Shown here one piece after another: positions 32,302-41,749 of a stretch of 41,749 nt of DNA. A program made the position numbers and the translations under genes. The stretch covers positions 1 through 41,749 of the forward strand of contig NZFE01000023.1 in NCBI GenBank assembly GCA_002689245.1, in the 5' to 3' direction. The stretch's first letter is position 1. Each line of letters opens with the position of its first letter. This DNA comes from Candidatus Pelagibacter sp. Its GTDB lineage: Bacteria > Pseudomonadota > Alphaproteobacteria > Pelagibacterales > Pelagibacteraceae. Under the pieces are notes generated by a model. That model saw only the letters and a list, made by a program, of their open reading frames with translations, ran no database searches and was not told the origin of the DNA.

Positions 32302-33853
32302 TTTTTTTCAATTTAAAAAAGATAAAACAATATGTAAATAAAAGGGCAAAAAATATCAAATCATTTTTATTTCCTCCTTTTTTTTCAAATACCGGTAACT
32401 TATACTCTAAATTCCCTGTTTCGTTGTTTTTTAAAGCCTTTATAATTTGTCCTTTATTATTTATCACTGCGCTGATGCCTTTGTTTGCTGATCTCAAAAC
32501 GAAAGAGTCGCTTTCGATTGCTCTAAATATTGATTTTGAAAAATGTTGATGCGGGCCTATAGTATTTCCAAACCAGGCATCCTCTGAAATATTAATCAGT
32601 AAATTGCTCTTTTGTTTTATTTTTTGAATTAACTCTGGAAAAATTATTTCATAACAAATCAAAGGTATAATATTTAAATTATCATAAGAAAAAGTATTTG
32701 TTATACTTCCTTTGCTGAAGGATCCAAAACCTTCAGTAATTTTTTTAAATTTAATTTTTTCCAAATATGCCTGGAATGGCAAAAACTCACCGAAAGGCAC
32801 TAATTTAATTTTATTATACTGGAATTTCTTATCTAAATTATTGTCTACAACAACCATACTATTATAAAACTTATCTTTCTCTTTATCTAATGTATTTATA
32901 CCGAATATTATCAAATGGTTCTTAGAAAAATTTTCTTTTATTAAGCCTTTATATTTTTCAATCTCATAAAAATATTTTCCAGACAATGCTCCCTCAGGCC
33001 AAATAAATAGAGTTTTTTTATTTTTTTCAACGCTGCTATATCTTATTAGTTTTTTTATTCGATCTAATGTTTCCTTATCTGATAAATTATATTTTAATTC
33101 AAAATTTGGTGAAATTATTTTAACATTAATAAACTTATTTTCATTTAGGTAACTTTGAATTTGGTTATTATTATTTAATAAGTAATTTCCGTATAAATAA
33201 TTAGCGAAAAAAGACGTAAAAAATATCAATGTTATTAGACTTTTATATTTAAATTTTTTTAAAAATAATATTACAGGTGTACAATAAAAAGTTATTGCCA
33301 ATAAATTAAATGCAAATAATCCGATAGGATTCAAAATTTGTATAATTTCTGTAAACCATGACCAACTATAAGCCCAGAGATTCCAAGGAAATCCTGTGAA
33401 AATTTTTGCTCTAAGATAATCAGCGGCAGATATTGAGGCACAAAATAAAAAAATAGACTTAATATCATACGCTAAATATTTTCCAACAACTATTGATCCT
33501 AAGCCGTAAAATAAGCCTAATGTGAGAGGAATTAGTATAATTGTGAAAGGTATAAAATTTTTAAAAGATTGGTCAAATTGTAAAGAATTCGAAATCCAAT
33601 ATGTTCCTGTTAAAAAAAAACCTACACCAAAAAAATAGCCTACATAAAAAATATTTATTAAATGTGGTTTTTTTCTATATTTGTTTTTTGACCTCTTATT
33701 AATATTGCACAAAATAAAAAAAAGACATGGAAATATAATAAAATTAATTATCGTTAAATTATATGGTTGAAATGAAAAAACCGAAATACATCCTAATAAA
33801 AGAGGAATTACGAGTACCATCAATATTCGATTATTGAGAAAAAAATTAAACAT
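32294..33853 (-). CDS. lnt: Apolipoprotein N-acyltransferase
   Basis: [34 protein letters not shown]...[13 protein letters not shown]. Confidence 0.94.
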   Translation of the reverse strand: MFNFFLNNRILMVLVIPLLLGCISVFSFQPYNLTIINFIIFPCLFFILCNINKRSKNKYRKKPHLINIFYVGYFFGVGFFLTGTYWISNSLQFDQSFKNFIPFTIILIPLTLGLFYGLGSIVVGKYLAYDIKSIFLFCASISAADYLRAKIFTGFPWNLWAYSWSWFTEIIQILNPIGLFAFNLLAITFYCTPVILFLKKFKYKSLITLIFFTSFFANYLYGNYLLNNNNQIQSYLNENKFINVKIISPNFELKYNLSDKETLDRIKKLIRYSSVEKNKKTLFIWPEGALSGKYFYEIEKYKGLIKENFSKNHLIIFGINTLDKEKDKFYNSMVVVDNNLDKKFQYNKIKLVPFGEFLPFQAYLEKIKFKKITEGFGSFSKGSITNTFSYDNLNIIPLICYEIIFPELIQKIKQKSNLLINISEDAWFGNTIGPHQHFSKSIFRAIESDSFVLRSANKGISAVINNKGQIIKALKNNETGNLEYKLPVFEKKGGNKNDLIFFALLFTYCFIFFKLKKND

Positions 33854-34312
33854 CTAGCTTAGCTTTTTTAAAAATTTTTTTTCTATTAAATTCATCTTTT
33901 TATAACTTTTATCTTTTTTATGATCATATCCAAACAAATGAACAAGACCGTGTATCCATAATATATTAAAGTGTTTTTTGAATAAATTTATTGAAGAAGA
34001 GTTTATCTTGTTTGAGTTTATTATTATGTCTCCTAAGTATATTTCTTTATTAAATCTTACTAGTTCATGAAATTTTTTTTTTGTCTGATTTGGAAAAGAT
34101 AAAATATCTGTTGAGTTATTTTTTTTCCGAAATTTTTTATTTAAGTATTTTATTTCTCTTGAGTTAGACAACTTAAGACTAAACGAATATTTATGTTTCC
34201 CAAAAAATTTTTCATTCTGAATTTTTTTGATTTTACTTTTTAAGTAACTTTCTGGGTTTTTTATAAATTTGAGCCAAGTTTTATCTTTGACAATAACATT
34301 AATCTTTATCAT
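33854..34312 (-). CDS. ybeY: rRNA maturation RNase YbeY
   Basis: LNKKFR, TDILSFP, YLGDI, HGLVHLFGYDH. Confidence 0.94.
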   Translation of the reverse strand: MIKINVIVKDKTWLKFIKNPESYLKSKIKKIQNEKFFGKHKYSFSLKLSNSREIKYLNKKFRKKNNSTDILSFPNQTKKKFHELVRFNKEIYLGDIIINSNKINSSSINLFKKHFNILWIHGLVHLFGYDHKKDKSYKKMNLIEKKFLKKLS

Positions 34313-35300
34313 TAATATTTTTATTGAATGCTTGAATAATTTTAGTCACTAAAGGATGTCTTACTACATCTTTATGATCAAATTCTATCAATTTAATTTC
34401 TTTCACTTTGTTAAGAATTTTTTTTGTTTTAAGCAGTCCAGATTGGGATTTATTAATTAAATCTACTTGCGAAGGATCACCGTTTACTACAATTTTTGAA
34501 TTTTCGCCTATTCTTGTTAAAAACATTTTAATTTGAGTTAAAGTAGCGTTCTGAGCTTCGTCCAGTATGGCAAAAGAGTTTTTAAGAGTTCTTCCTCTCA
34601 TAAATGCTAAAGGAGCTATCTCAATTTCACCAGAATCAATTTTTTTATTAATCTTTTCAAAACCAAAAAGATCGTAGAGAGCGTCGTATAATGGTCTTAA
34701 ATATGGATCTACTTTTTCTTTCATATCACCAGGTAAAAAACCTAGCTTTTCACCCGCCTCTACCGCTGGTCTTGATAAAATTACTTTTTCTACTTTTTTT
34801 TCGAATAACATTGTCATAGCAACTGAAACAGCTAAAAAACTTTTTCCTGTTCCTGCGGGACCCAAAGCAATTGTAATATCTTTATCTGTTAAGGCCTTAA
34901 TATATTCAGATTGTTTTTTTGATCTTGCTATAACCGTTTTCTTTGGGGTTTTTATTAATTGATCTAAATTATGAACATTAGATTTAAAATTCATATTTCT
35001 CTCTTTGACCGATAGCGCTAAATCCTGTTTTTCAATTAAATTGGTTTTTAAATATTTATTTATTAAAAATTTTATAGCATCTGATGCTCTGTTGATTTCT
35101 TCATTATTTCCTTTAATTGTAATTGAATTTCCTCTAAAAAAAATCTTTGTCTTAGTCAATTTTTCTAATTCGTTTAAATTGCTATTAAACTCACCTACAA
35201 CTGATACTAAAATATCATTATCATGTACTTTAATATTAATTGTTTTCTTATCTATTTTTTTAATACCGTAGGTTTGATCAAAATTTTCTATTTTAGACAT
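34299..35300 (-). CDS. phoH: PhoH-family ATPase (YbeZ)
   Basis: GPAGTGKS, RPAVEAGEKLGFLPGD, PLAFMRGRT, DEAQN, VVRHPLV. Confidence 0.94.
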   Translation of the reverse strand: MSKIENFDQTYGIKKIDKKTINIKVHDNDILVSVVGEFNSNLNELEKLTKTKIFFRGNSITIKGNNEEINRASDAIKFLINKYLKTNLIEKQDLALSVKERNMNFKSNVHNLDQLIKTPKKTVIARSKKQSEYIKALTDKDITIALGPAGTGKSFLAVSVAMTMLFEKKVEKVILSRPAVEAGEKLGFLPGDMKEKVDPYLRPLYDALYDLFGFEKINKKIDSGEIEIAPLAFMRGRTLKNSFAILDEAQNATLTQIKMFLTRIGENSKIVVNGDPSQVDLINKSQSGLLKTKKILNKVKEIKLIEFDHKDVVRHPLVTKIIQAFNKNINDKD

Positions 35301-35302
35301 AT

Positions 35303-36633
35303 TTAAGCTGCGAGAAAGTTATCGGTATCAGTTAATTCACCAAAAATTGTATGTTGGGAAAATTTTTTAATAAGAACCTTCTTTTCCTGGCCAATGATAT
35401 TTTTTTTTGAATAGACTATAACTGGATTTTGATATTCGTCTCTTCCAAAATATTTATATTTTTCTTTGCTCATTTTATTTTCGAACAAAACTTTAACTAT
35501 CTTGTTTAAAAGTTTTTTTTTATAATCTAATTTAATTTTTTCGGCAATTTTCTGAAACATTGAGAGTCTTTCTCTGGATAACTTTTCGTCCACTTTTTCC
35601 ATATCACCTGCTGGTGTTCCTGGTCTTGGGCTATAGATAAAAGAGTACGAATTAATAAATTTAACCGTTTTCATTAATTCACAGGTTTTATCAAAATCAT
35701 CTTTTTTTTCACCAGGATAAGCAATTATAAAGTCACTAGCAAATTCTATTTTGGGATTTTTTTCTTTTAGATCATTAATTATTTCCAAATACTCTTTAAT
35801 ATTATGTTTTCTATTCATTGTTTTAAGTATTTTATCTGAGCCTGATTGAACTGGAAGATGCAATAAAGGCATAAGTTTTGAGCATCCTTTATGTGCCTCG
35901 AGTAAATCACTTGTCATATCTTTCGGGTGCGAGGTATAATATCGAATCCTCAAAAGATTTTTTTTTTCTCAAGCGCATGAATAATGTCTGAAAGACGTTT
36001 ATTGTTTTTATTGTAAGCATTTACGTTCTGTCCTAATAAAGTTATTTCTCGTGATCCATTGCTTATAAGTTTATCCGCCTCATCTAGAATTTCTTCAAAA
36101 CTTCTAGAATATTCTGGGCCTCTTGTGTAAGGGACTACACAAAATTTACAAAATTTGTCACAACCTTCCTGTATAGTCAAAAAGGAAGATACATTAAAAT
36201 TGCTATTATTAGTTGACTTAAGTTCATCAAACTTCTTTATTGTTTCAAAATTTGTAATATCAAATTGACCTTTTTTATTTTCTATGTCTTTTATCACTTT
36301 ATTTATCGATTGATAGGACTGTGGGCCAATAACAGCATCTACATAACGATCTTTTTTTAATATTAAATCACCCTCAGCTTGAGCTACACATCCAGCAATT
36401 ATAAGAATGGGTTTTTTTTTATTTCTATATTCTTTTTTCAATCTTCCCACATCGTGAAATACTTTTTCGGTTGCTTTTTCTCTTATGTGACAGGTATTAA
36501 TAATGTAACAATCTGCTTCTGATTTTTTTTTGGTTGGAAAATAATTAATTTTTTTTGTAATATCTAATATTCGATTACTATCATACTCATTCATCTGACA
36601 GCCAAAAGTTTTTATGAATATTTTTTTTTTCAA
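35303..36633 (-). CDS. miaB: tRNA-2-methylthio-N6-isopentenyladenosine synthase MiaB, split by a frameshift in the A10 run at 35958-35967
   Basis: TFGCQMN, NTCHIRE, GCVAQ, CDKFCKFC, LGQNVN / RIRYYTSHP, HLPVQSGS, YSPRPGT; probable TTG start at 36633; A11 restores the frame. Confidence 0.93.
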
Positions 36634-36634
36634 T

Positions 36635-37060
36635 TTACTTTCTTTTTTTTGTTCCATAAAGCTCCAGTTTATGGTCAACTAAATTATAGCCAAGTTTTTT
36701 TGCAATTTTAATTTGTAATTCTTCAATGTCTTTATCTACAAATTCAACAATTTCTCCAGTGTTGACATCAATTAGATGGTCGTGGTGTTGTTCCGTTGAC
36801 GGCTCATATCTTGATTTGCCTTCTTTAAAATCGTGTCTTTCGATAATCCCTGACTCCTCAAATAATTTTAAAGTTCTATAAACTGTTGCTATACTAATTT
36901 TTTTATCAATCAAACTTACTCTTTTATGTAATTCGTCTACATCCGGATGGTCTTTTGAGCCAAAAGTTAACTTGGACTCAGAAATTACCTTGGCTATTAT
37001 TCGCCTTTGCTCAGTTAACCTTACCCCTCTTTTTTTACACTTTTCCTCAATCACACTCAT
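36635..37060 (-). CDS. fur: Fur/Mur family metalloregulator
   Basis: RLTEQRR, DHPDVDEL, SIATVYRT, HHDHLID, DHKLELYG. Confidence 0.92.
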   Translation of the reverse strand: MSVIEEKCKKRGVRLTEQRRIIAKVISESKLTFGSKDHPDVDELHKRVSLIDKKISIATVYRTLKLFEESGIIERHDFKEGKSRYEPSTEQHHDHLIDVNTGEIVEFVDKDIEELQIKIAKKLGYNLVDHKLELYGTKKRK

Positions 37061-37074
37061 CAGTTCAAAACTTT

Positions 37075-37455
37075 CTATTCGTAAATTGGATTAATCATTT
37101 TATTTTTTAATTGTTTATTTTTTATCAAAATTTCAATATTTTCAAGTTTAAATTCAGATAATTGATTATTTTTATAGCCATATAGTTTAGAACCAAGCAC
37201 AATTTGAATTCCTTTTGCCACAGACAGAGATATTCTAATAGATGAATAGCTCCCTGGCCCCATATTAACTATTATTGAGTATTTATCGCTTAATTTAACT
37301 TTATACTTTTTCACAAAATTAATGATATTACTAACAAGTTGATTGTTAGAGTTAATATTGTTTTGTAATTTTTCTTTAAAAAATTTATTATCTGACTTTA
37401 AACCTATTGAATTATTTTTACCAGTGCAATTAATTATTAGAAAACTATTAATCAT
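37075..37455 (-). CDS. tsaB: Shortened TsaB/YeaZ-like t6A biosynthesis protein
   Basis: VNMGPGSYSSIRISLSVAKG matches the TsaB GPGS(F/Y)TGxR motif; C-terminal PIY; syntenic position before fur; ATG at 37455, 126 aa. Confidence 0.75.
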   Translation of the reverse strand: MINSFLIINCTGKNNSIGLKSDNKFFKEKLQNNINSNNQLVSNIINFVKKYKVKLSDKYSIIVNMGPGSYSSIRISLSVAKGIQIVLGSKLYGYKNNQLSEFKLENIEILIKNKQLKNKMINPIYE

Positions 37456-38464
37456 TTTTTTATTTTTTTTTCCCTTAGGGTTAAATTTAAATTCATCTGA
37501 AATAGCTGTAGATGACTTTGGTATAATTACTATAATGTACCATCGATTTGAAGAAAATAAATACCCTTCCACAAATATAAAGATAAATAATTTTAAAGAA
37601 CATTTAAAAATGATAAAAGATAGCGGCATTAAATTTGTTAATCCCTCAAATTTTGAAGATGAATTAAAAAATAATAAAAAAGAAAGAAAAGTCCTACTCA
37701 CTATAGATGACGGATATCAATCTTTCTATGATAATGCTTGGCCAATTTTAAAAAAATCAAAAATTCCCTTTATTTTATTTGTAAGTACAAGAGAGGTTGG
37801 AAAAAAGGGATATATGAGTTGGAAAAATATACAAGAATTAGAGAAATATAATTTTGTTGAGATAGGAAATCACAGCCATACTCATGATTATCTAATTGAT
37901 TTTGAAAATAAAGAAATAAAAGATGATCTTGAAAAATCTATAACTATATTTAAAGAAAAACTTGGAGAAAATTCTAAATTTTTTTCTTACCCATTTGGAG
38001 AATATAGTTCTAGCTTAAAAAGTATAGTTATTGAACTTGGTTTTAAATATGCTTTTGGCCAGCATTCTGGTGTTGTCGATTATACTAAAAATTTTTATGA
38101 GATGCCAAGGTTTCCAATTAATGAAAAATACGGAGAAATAAAAAGATTCAAAACTATACTAAAAACTCTACCATTTCCGTATAAGTTCATTCAGCCAGAG
38201 GAAAAATATATAAGCGATAAAAATAATCCGCCTAAAGTTAATATTCAATTCTACGACAAATTAAAAAATTTAAAAAACATTAATTGTTTTTCAAACGAGG
38301 GGGATAAATGGAGAAATTCAACAATTAGTTTAGATAATAATAATTTAAGAGTAAATTTAGAAGAAAAGTTTATTACAGAGAGAGGTAGAATTAATTGTTC
38401 TCTTAGAGAAAAGAATGGATTTTATAGATGGCTTGGCATTCAATTTGTTGTGAAAGAAAAATAA
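37424..38464 (+). CDS. Exported polysaccharide deacetylase (CE4, IcaB/PgaB-like)
   Basis: MYHRF, LTIDDGY, EIGNHSHTH, SYPFGE, MPRF; signal-like N-terminus; start uncertain (GTG at 37424). Confidence 0.87.
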   Translation: MQLIIRKLLIIFLFFFPLGLNLNSSEIAVDDFGIITIMYHRFEENKYPSTNIKINNFKEHLKMIKDSGIKFVNPSNFEDELKNNKKERKVLLTIDDGYQSFYDNAWPILKKSKIPFILFVSTREVGKKGYMSWKNIQELEKYNFVEIGNHSHTHDYLIDFENKEIKDDLEKSITIFKEKLGENSKFFSYPFGEYSSSLKSIVIELGFKYAFGQHSGVVDYTKNFYEMPRFPINEKYGEIKRFKTILKTLPFPYKFIQPEEKYISDKNNPPKVNIQFYDKLKNLKNINCFSNEGDKWRNSTISLDNNNLRVNLEEKFITERGRINCSLREKNGFYRWLGIQFVVKEK

Positions 38465-38466
38465 AT

Positions 38467-39993
38467 CTAAAGCTGGATGTCTTTTTTAACAACAGAATTA
38501 GTTAGCTGAACTGTTTCAAAATCTGAAAGATTGTTTTGCTTTATGATTTGTTCTAAAATATCAGTGTATTCTTTTCCTGTTTGAGCATATCTATCTAAAG
38601 TATCTGTAAGGTCCAATCCCTTTATATTCTTGTTTCTTTTTCTGATACTGTGTCTTTTTTCCCTAAACTCTGAGTAACCTTTGTGTGTATTTAAATTATT
38701 TTTATAAGCTTTTACTGAAGCTCTTAATATCGGAAATCTTAAAATTTTATGACCTTCGTTTTTACCTTTGTTCAGAGGCTCAATACCTTGACCTGTCCAT
38801 GTCCATTGGCCAAAAATTGCATTACCCTCTAAAGCAAATCTTGATGTCCCCCAACCGCTTTCTTTAGCAGCTTGAGCTAATGCAATAGAGACCGGTATAA
38901 TATCCATTCTTTTGTCTAACTCAGAAATATCTGAGTTTTTAACCTTATATTCTCTCAATTTTAATCTTAACCATGATTTTTCTTTGTCTGTAGTAATTTT
39001 TTTTGAAGTTATTTTTTTTAATTTTATTTTGTCATCTAGAATTTTATCATTTTCAGCAACCACTAAAGGAAGGACAATTTTTATAAAAGTTTCTTTTTTA
39101 AGTTTAGTATCTTTAATTTCATCTAAATCTTTTGGAAATTGAGTAAAGTATATTGGTTTAACTTTTTTTTGATATCTAACCGTTTTTAAATCATACTCAA
39201 CGTCTTCGAACAAGCTTAATACAGTTTCAGTCTTAATATTTAAATTTGGTAAAACTAGTTCAGTAACTTGACTCGGGGATTTTTCTTTTTTTGGTTCTGG
39301 TTTTTTTACCTGCTTTTGTTCAGCTTTTTTTTGTGTTTTTTTTTCAGGTTCTTTTTTAACCTGTTTCTGTTTTTCAATTTTTTGTGGTTTTTCTTTTTCT
39401 ATTTGAACCATTAATGGTTTACCATCATCAATATAATTTTGTTTTAAAGTGATAAAAATAACACCTATTGCACATACACAAACTACTATTCCAAAACCTT
39501 TAACTAATTTATTTGCTTGTGACTGTTCAATTGTAGAATTATAAAAGCTGCTAAATGTTTCCACAAATGCATTTGAAACAAAGGCGCCTATTGTTTTAAA
39601 TAATTTTGGAAATGTATTTAAAATACCAATACCGATATTTCCCATGGTACGCCATGAACTTACAAAAAAATTTCCTACACCGCCTGTAGTATCATCATAT
39701 AAACCTGAGGCATCTCTCTTGGTTCTTTTTAAAAACTTTTCTACACCTTCTGTTGTATCGGTATAGAGACCTGAAACTTCTTTTCCTGCTTTTGATATAG
39801 GGTTTGAAATACTTTTTTTGAAAAAGCTTACATTAAAATCTTTGGGGATCGGAACATTATTTTTTTTTAAAATAAGCTCAATCTGTTGGGTAGTTAGACT
39901 TTTTTTTCTCTTTATGTAATTTTGAATTTCGGATATTTTGTATATTCTGCCTAACTCTAATAATTTATCTCTATAACTTAAATTTTTTTTCAT
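38467..39993 (-). CDS. Membrane-anchored Bax-like glucosaminidase (GH73) with a long N-terminal extension
   Basis: IPVSIALAQAAKESGWGTSRFALEGNAIFGQW, YKNNLNTHKGY, YAQTGKEY; a TM segment and K/E/Q/P linker precede the domain. Confidence 0.87.
   Translation of the reverse strand: MKKNLSYRDKLLELGRIYKISEIQNYIKRKKSLTTQQIELILKKNNVPIPKDFNVSFFKKSISNPISKAGKEVSGLYTDTTEGVEKFLKRTKRDASGLYDDTTGGVGNFFVSSWRTMGNIGIGILNTFPKLFKTIGAFVSNAFVETFSSFYNSTIEQSQANKLVKGFGIVVCVCAIGVIFITLKQNYIDDGKPLMVQIEKEKPQKIEKQKQVKKEPEKKTQKKAEQKQVKKPEPKKEKSPSQVTELVLPNLNIKTETVLSLFEDVEYDLKTVRYQKKVKPIYFTQFPKDLDEIKDTKLKKETFIKIVLPLVVAENDKILDDKIKLKKITSKKITTDKEKSWLRLKLREYKVKNSDISELDKRMDIIPVSIALAQAAKESGWGTSRFALEGNAIFGQWTWTGQGIEPLNKGKNEGHKILRFPILRASVKAYKNNLNTHKGYSEFREKRHSIRKRNKNIKGLDLTDTLDRYAQTGKEYTDILEQIIKQNNLSDFETVQLTNSVVKKDIQL
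39643..39774 (-). repeat. Degenerate 66-bp (22-aa) tandem duplication in the glucosaminidase N-terminus
   Basis: SGLYTDTTEGVEKF.. / SGLYDDTTGGVGNF..; Ser codons at 39774 and 39708. Confidence 0.75.
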
Positions 39994-40536
39994 TTAAATT
40001 GCCTCTACTGAATTAACTTCTTTAACGTAATGTTTTAATAAATTTTGTACACCTTGTTTTAGAGTCATAATAGAACTTGGACACCCAGAACATGCTCCTT
40101 GTAGCTCAACTTTAACCACACCATTATTGAAGGATTTAAATTTTATATCTCCACCATCTTTTGCTACTGCAGGTCTTATTTTAGTGTCTAAGACATCCTT
40201 AATTTTTGTGATAGTTTCATTCTCATCGATTTTTTTTTCTATTTTATTATCAGTCAAAATTGGATCTGTAGTTTTTTCAAAATAATCATTTAATTGAGAA
40301 ATAATCATTGGTTTTAAACTATCCCAAGATGCTTTTTTTTCTTTTTTTACTGTCAAAAAATTATCTGAAATTAAAACTAGCTCAACTCCTGAAAAATTTA
40401 ATAGCTCTTTAATAAATGGAATTTTTATATTGTTTAAATTTGATTTTTTAAACTCTTCTGTTCCAACTTTAGATAAAATTTTTTGAGATAAAAATTTTAA
40501 AGAATCTGGATTGGGTGTTTGTTCAACATGTATCAT
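39994..40536 (-). CDS. nifU: NifU/Nfu-family Fe-S carrier protein
   Basis: EQTPNPDSLKF N-domain; IRPAVAKDGGDI, GACSGCPSS. Confidence 0.92.
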   Translation of the reverse strand: MIHVEQTPNPDSLKFLSQKILSKVGTEEFKKSNLNNIKIPFIKELLNFSGVELVLISDNFLTVKKEKKASWDSLKPMIISQLNDYFEKTTDPILTDNKIEKKIDENETITKIKDVLDTKIRPAVAKDGGDIKFKSFNNGVVKVELQGACSGCPSSIMTLKQGVQNLLKHYVKEVNSVEAI

Positions 40537-40551
40537 TATAGGATATGTATA

Positions 40552-41553
40552 TTACACAAATCCTACTATTTCACGTATCTTTTTTAGGTTTTCCTCAGCG
40601 ATAATATTGGCTTTTTGTTTGCCTTTTTTTAATACATCTTCAAGGTGTTCTTGTTCTTTCATTAATTTAGCAATATTCTTTCCGATTGGACTTATTGTCT
40701 CAACAAGTTTTTCAGACAATTTTGTTTTTAAGGAAGAAAAATCTTTTCCGATAAATTCGTTAATTGTAGTTTCAATTTTTTGATCAGATAAATCTGAATA
40801 TATACTTAGTAAGTTATATGCCTCCGGTCTATTTTCATAATCTTTTATATTTTCAGTAATCGGATCTGTATCGGTTTTTGCTTTTTTAATTTTTTTTACT
40901 ATTTCATCAGAACTATCTTTCAAGTTTATCCTAGAAAAATCAGATTCCTCTGATTTGCTCATTTTTTTTGTTCCATCCCTTAAACTCATTACTCGAGAAA
41001 TATTTTTATGAATTAAGGGTTCTGGTATAGGAAAAAAATCTTTTTTGTTAAAATCGTTATTAAATTTTTGCGCAATATCTCTTGATAACTCTAAGTGCTG
41101 CTTCTGATCAGCGCCGACAGGAACATGTGTAGCTTTATATAATAAAATGTCTGCAGCCATTAAATTTGGATAAATGTATAAACCAACGCTCGCCTTTTCT
41201 TTATCTTTGCCAGCTTTATCTTTGAATTGAGTCATACGATTTAACCATCCTACTCTACAAACACAATTCAAAATCCAAGCAAGTTCTGCATGACCACTCA
41301 CTGATGATTGATTAAAAATTATACTCTTATTCGGATCAAGACCAGAAGCTAAAAAACCTGCAGTAGTTTCTAAAATATTTGAGTTCAATTCTTTGGGGTT
41401 TTGAAATGTTGTGATAGCGTGTAAATCAACTACACAATATAAACAATTCTTTGACTTTTGAAGTGAAACAAAGTTTTTTAAAGCTCCTAGATAATTTCCT
41501 AAGTGTAAATTGCCAGTAGGTTGAACCCCAGAAAATACTAATTCCTTTTTCAT
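40552..41553 (-). CDS. trpS: Tryptophan--tRNA ligase
   Basis: [46 protein letters not shown]. Confidence 0.98.
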   Translation of the reverse strand: MKKELVFSGVQPTGNLHLGNYLGALKNFVSLQKSKNCLYCVVDLHAITTFQNPKELNSNILETTAGFLASGLDPNKSIIFNQSSVSGHAELAWILNCVCRVGWLNRMTQFKDKAGKDKEKASVGLYIYPNLMAADILLYKATHVPVGADQKQHLELSRDIAQKFNNDFNKKDFFPIPEPLIHKNISRVMSLRDGTKKMSKSEESDFSRINLKDSSDEIVKKIKKAKTDTDPITENIKDYENRPEAYNLLSIYSDLSDQKIETTINEFIGKDFSSLKTKLSEKLVETISPIGKNIAKLMKEQEHLEDVLKKGKQKANIIAEENLKKIREIVGFV

Positions 41554-41554
41554 A

Positions 41555-41749
41555 CTAATTAATTTTAAAACTTCTTAAATTGAGTACTTTTAAAAAATAA
41601 CAAATCAAAAAATACAATAAAGTTACGAAGATTACTATAAATAATAAATATAAAATTTTATAATCACTTGAATAATTCAAGTTTTTCGCAAAATAATTTA
41701 AACTATTGTGAAAAACATAAGACATAATAGAAGTGGAAAATACTATCTT
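41555..41749 (-). CDS. murJ: C-terminal fragment of a membrane protein, probably lipid II flippase MurJ
   Basis: Open frame from the window edge ([10 protein letters not shown]...[24 protein letters not shown]...KIN*), hydrophobic; murJ-trpS synteny. Confidence 0.65.
   Translation of the reverse strand, partial: KIVFSTSIMSYVFHNSLNYFAKNLNYSSDYKILYLLFIVIFVTLLYFLICYFLKVLNLRSFKIN

Noticed and set aside
34299-35300. phoH as a prophage marker
   Set aside because: It sits in the standard miaB-phoH-ybeY-lnt operon with no phage genes, integrase or att-like repeats
37456-37701. Extended ORF-track starts for tsaB (also nusA, fabA, aguB, aguA, miaB)
   Set aside because: The extensions overlap neighbouring genes or regulatory hairpins, and family similarity begins at the downstream starts

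Overview
AT-rich, tightly packed alphaproteobacterial core-genome segment, most consistent with SAR11/Pelagibacterales (inferred from composition, gene compaction and protein style). It follows the ancestral alphaproteobacterial order murJ-trpS-nifU-tsaB-fur-miaB-phoH-ybeY-lnt-metK-nusA-infB-rbfA-rpsO-pnp / fabI-fabB-fabA / irr / SH3-moeB-coaBC-ubiB-ubiE / mutM-rpsT-dnaA-dnaN-gyrB-regB...regA, with many usual neighbours missing. Four modules interrupt this backbone: (1) a polyamine operon (fold-III decarboxylase, deoxyhypusine-synthase-like enzyme, aguB, aguA) between regB and regA; (2) a divergent katG plus a DUF2061-like gene behind a clear promoter overlapped by an Irr/PerR-type operator; (3) a 171-aa orphan directly after fabABI that looks like a miniaturised malonyl-CoA decarboxylase (GNAT fold, Ser/His dyad motifs retained), the best candidate for an undescribed system; (4) a convergent GH73/Bax-like glucosaminidase and CE4 deacetylase pair. 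Four housekeeping genes are broken as sequenced (gyrB, fabI and miaB by 1-bp homopolymer indels, metK by an in-frame TAA), most likely sequencing or amplification errors. No tRNA, rRNA, CRISPR array or mobile element was seen. All family calls come from motif recognition by eye, not database searches.
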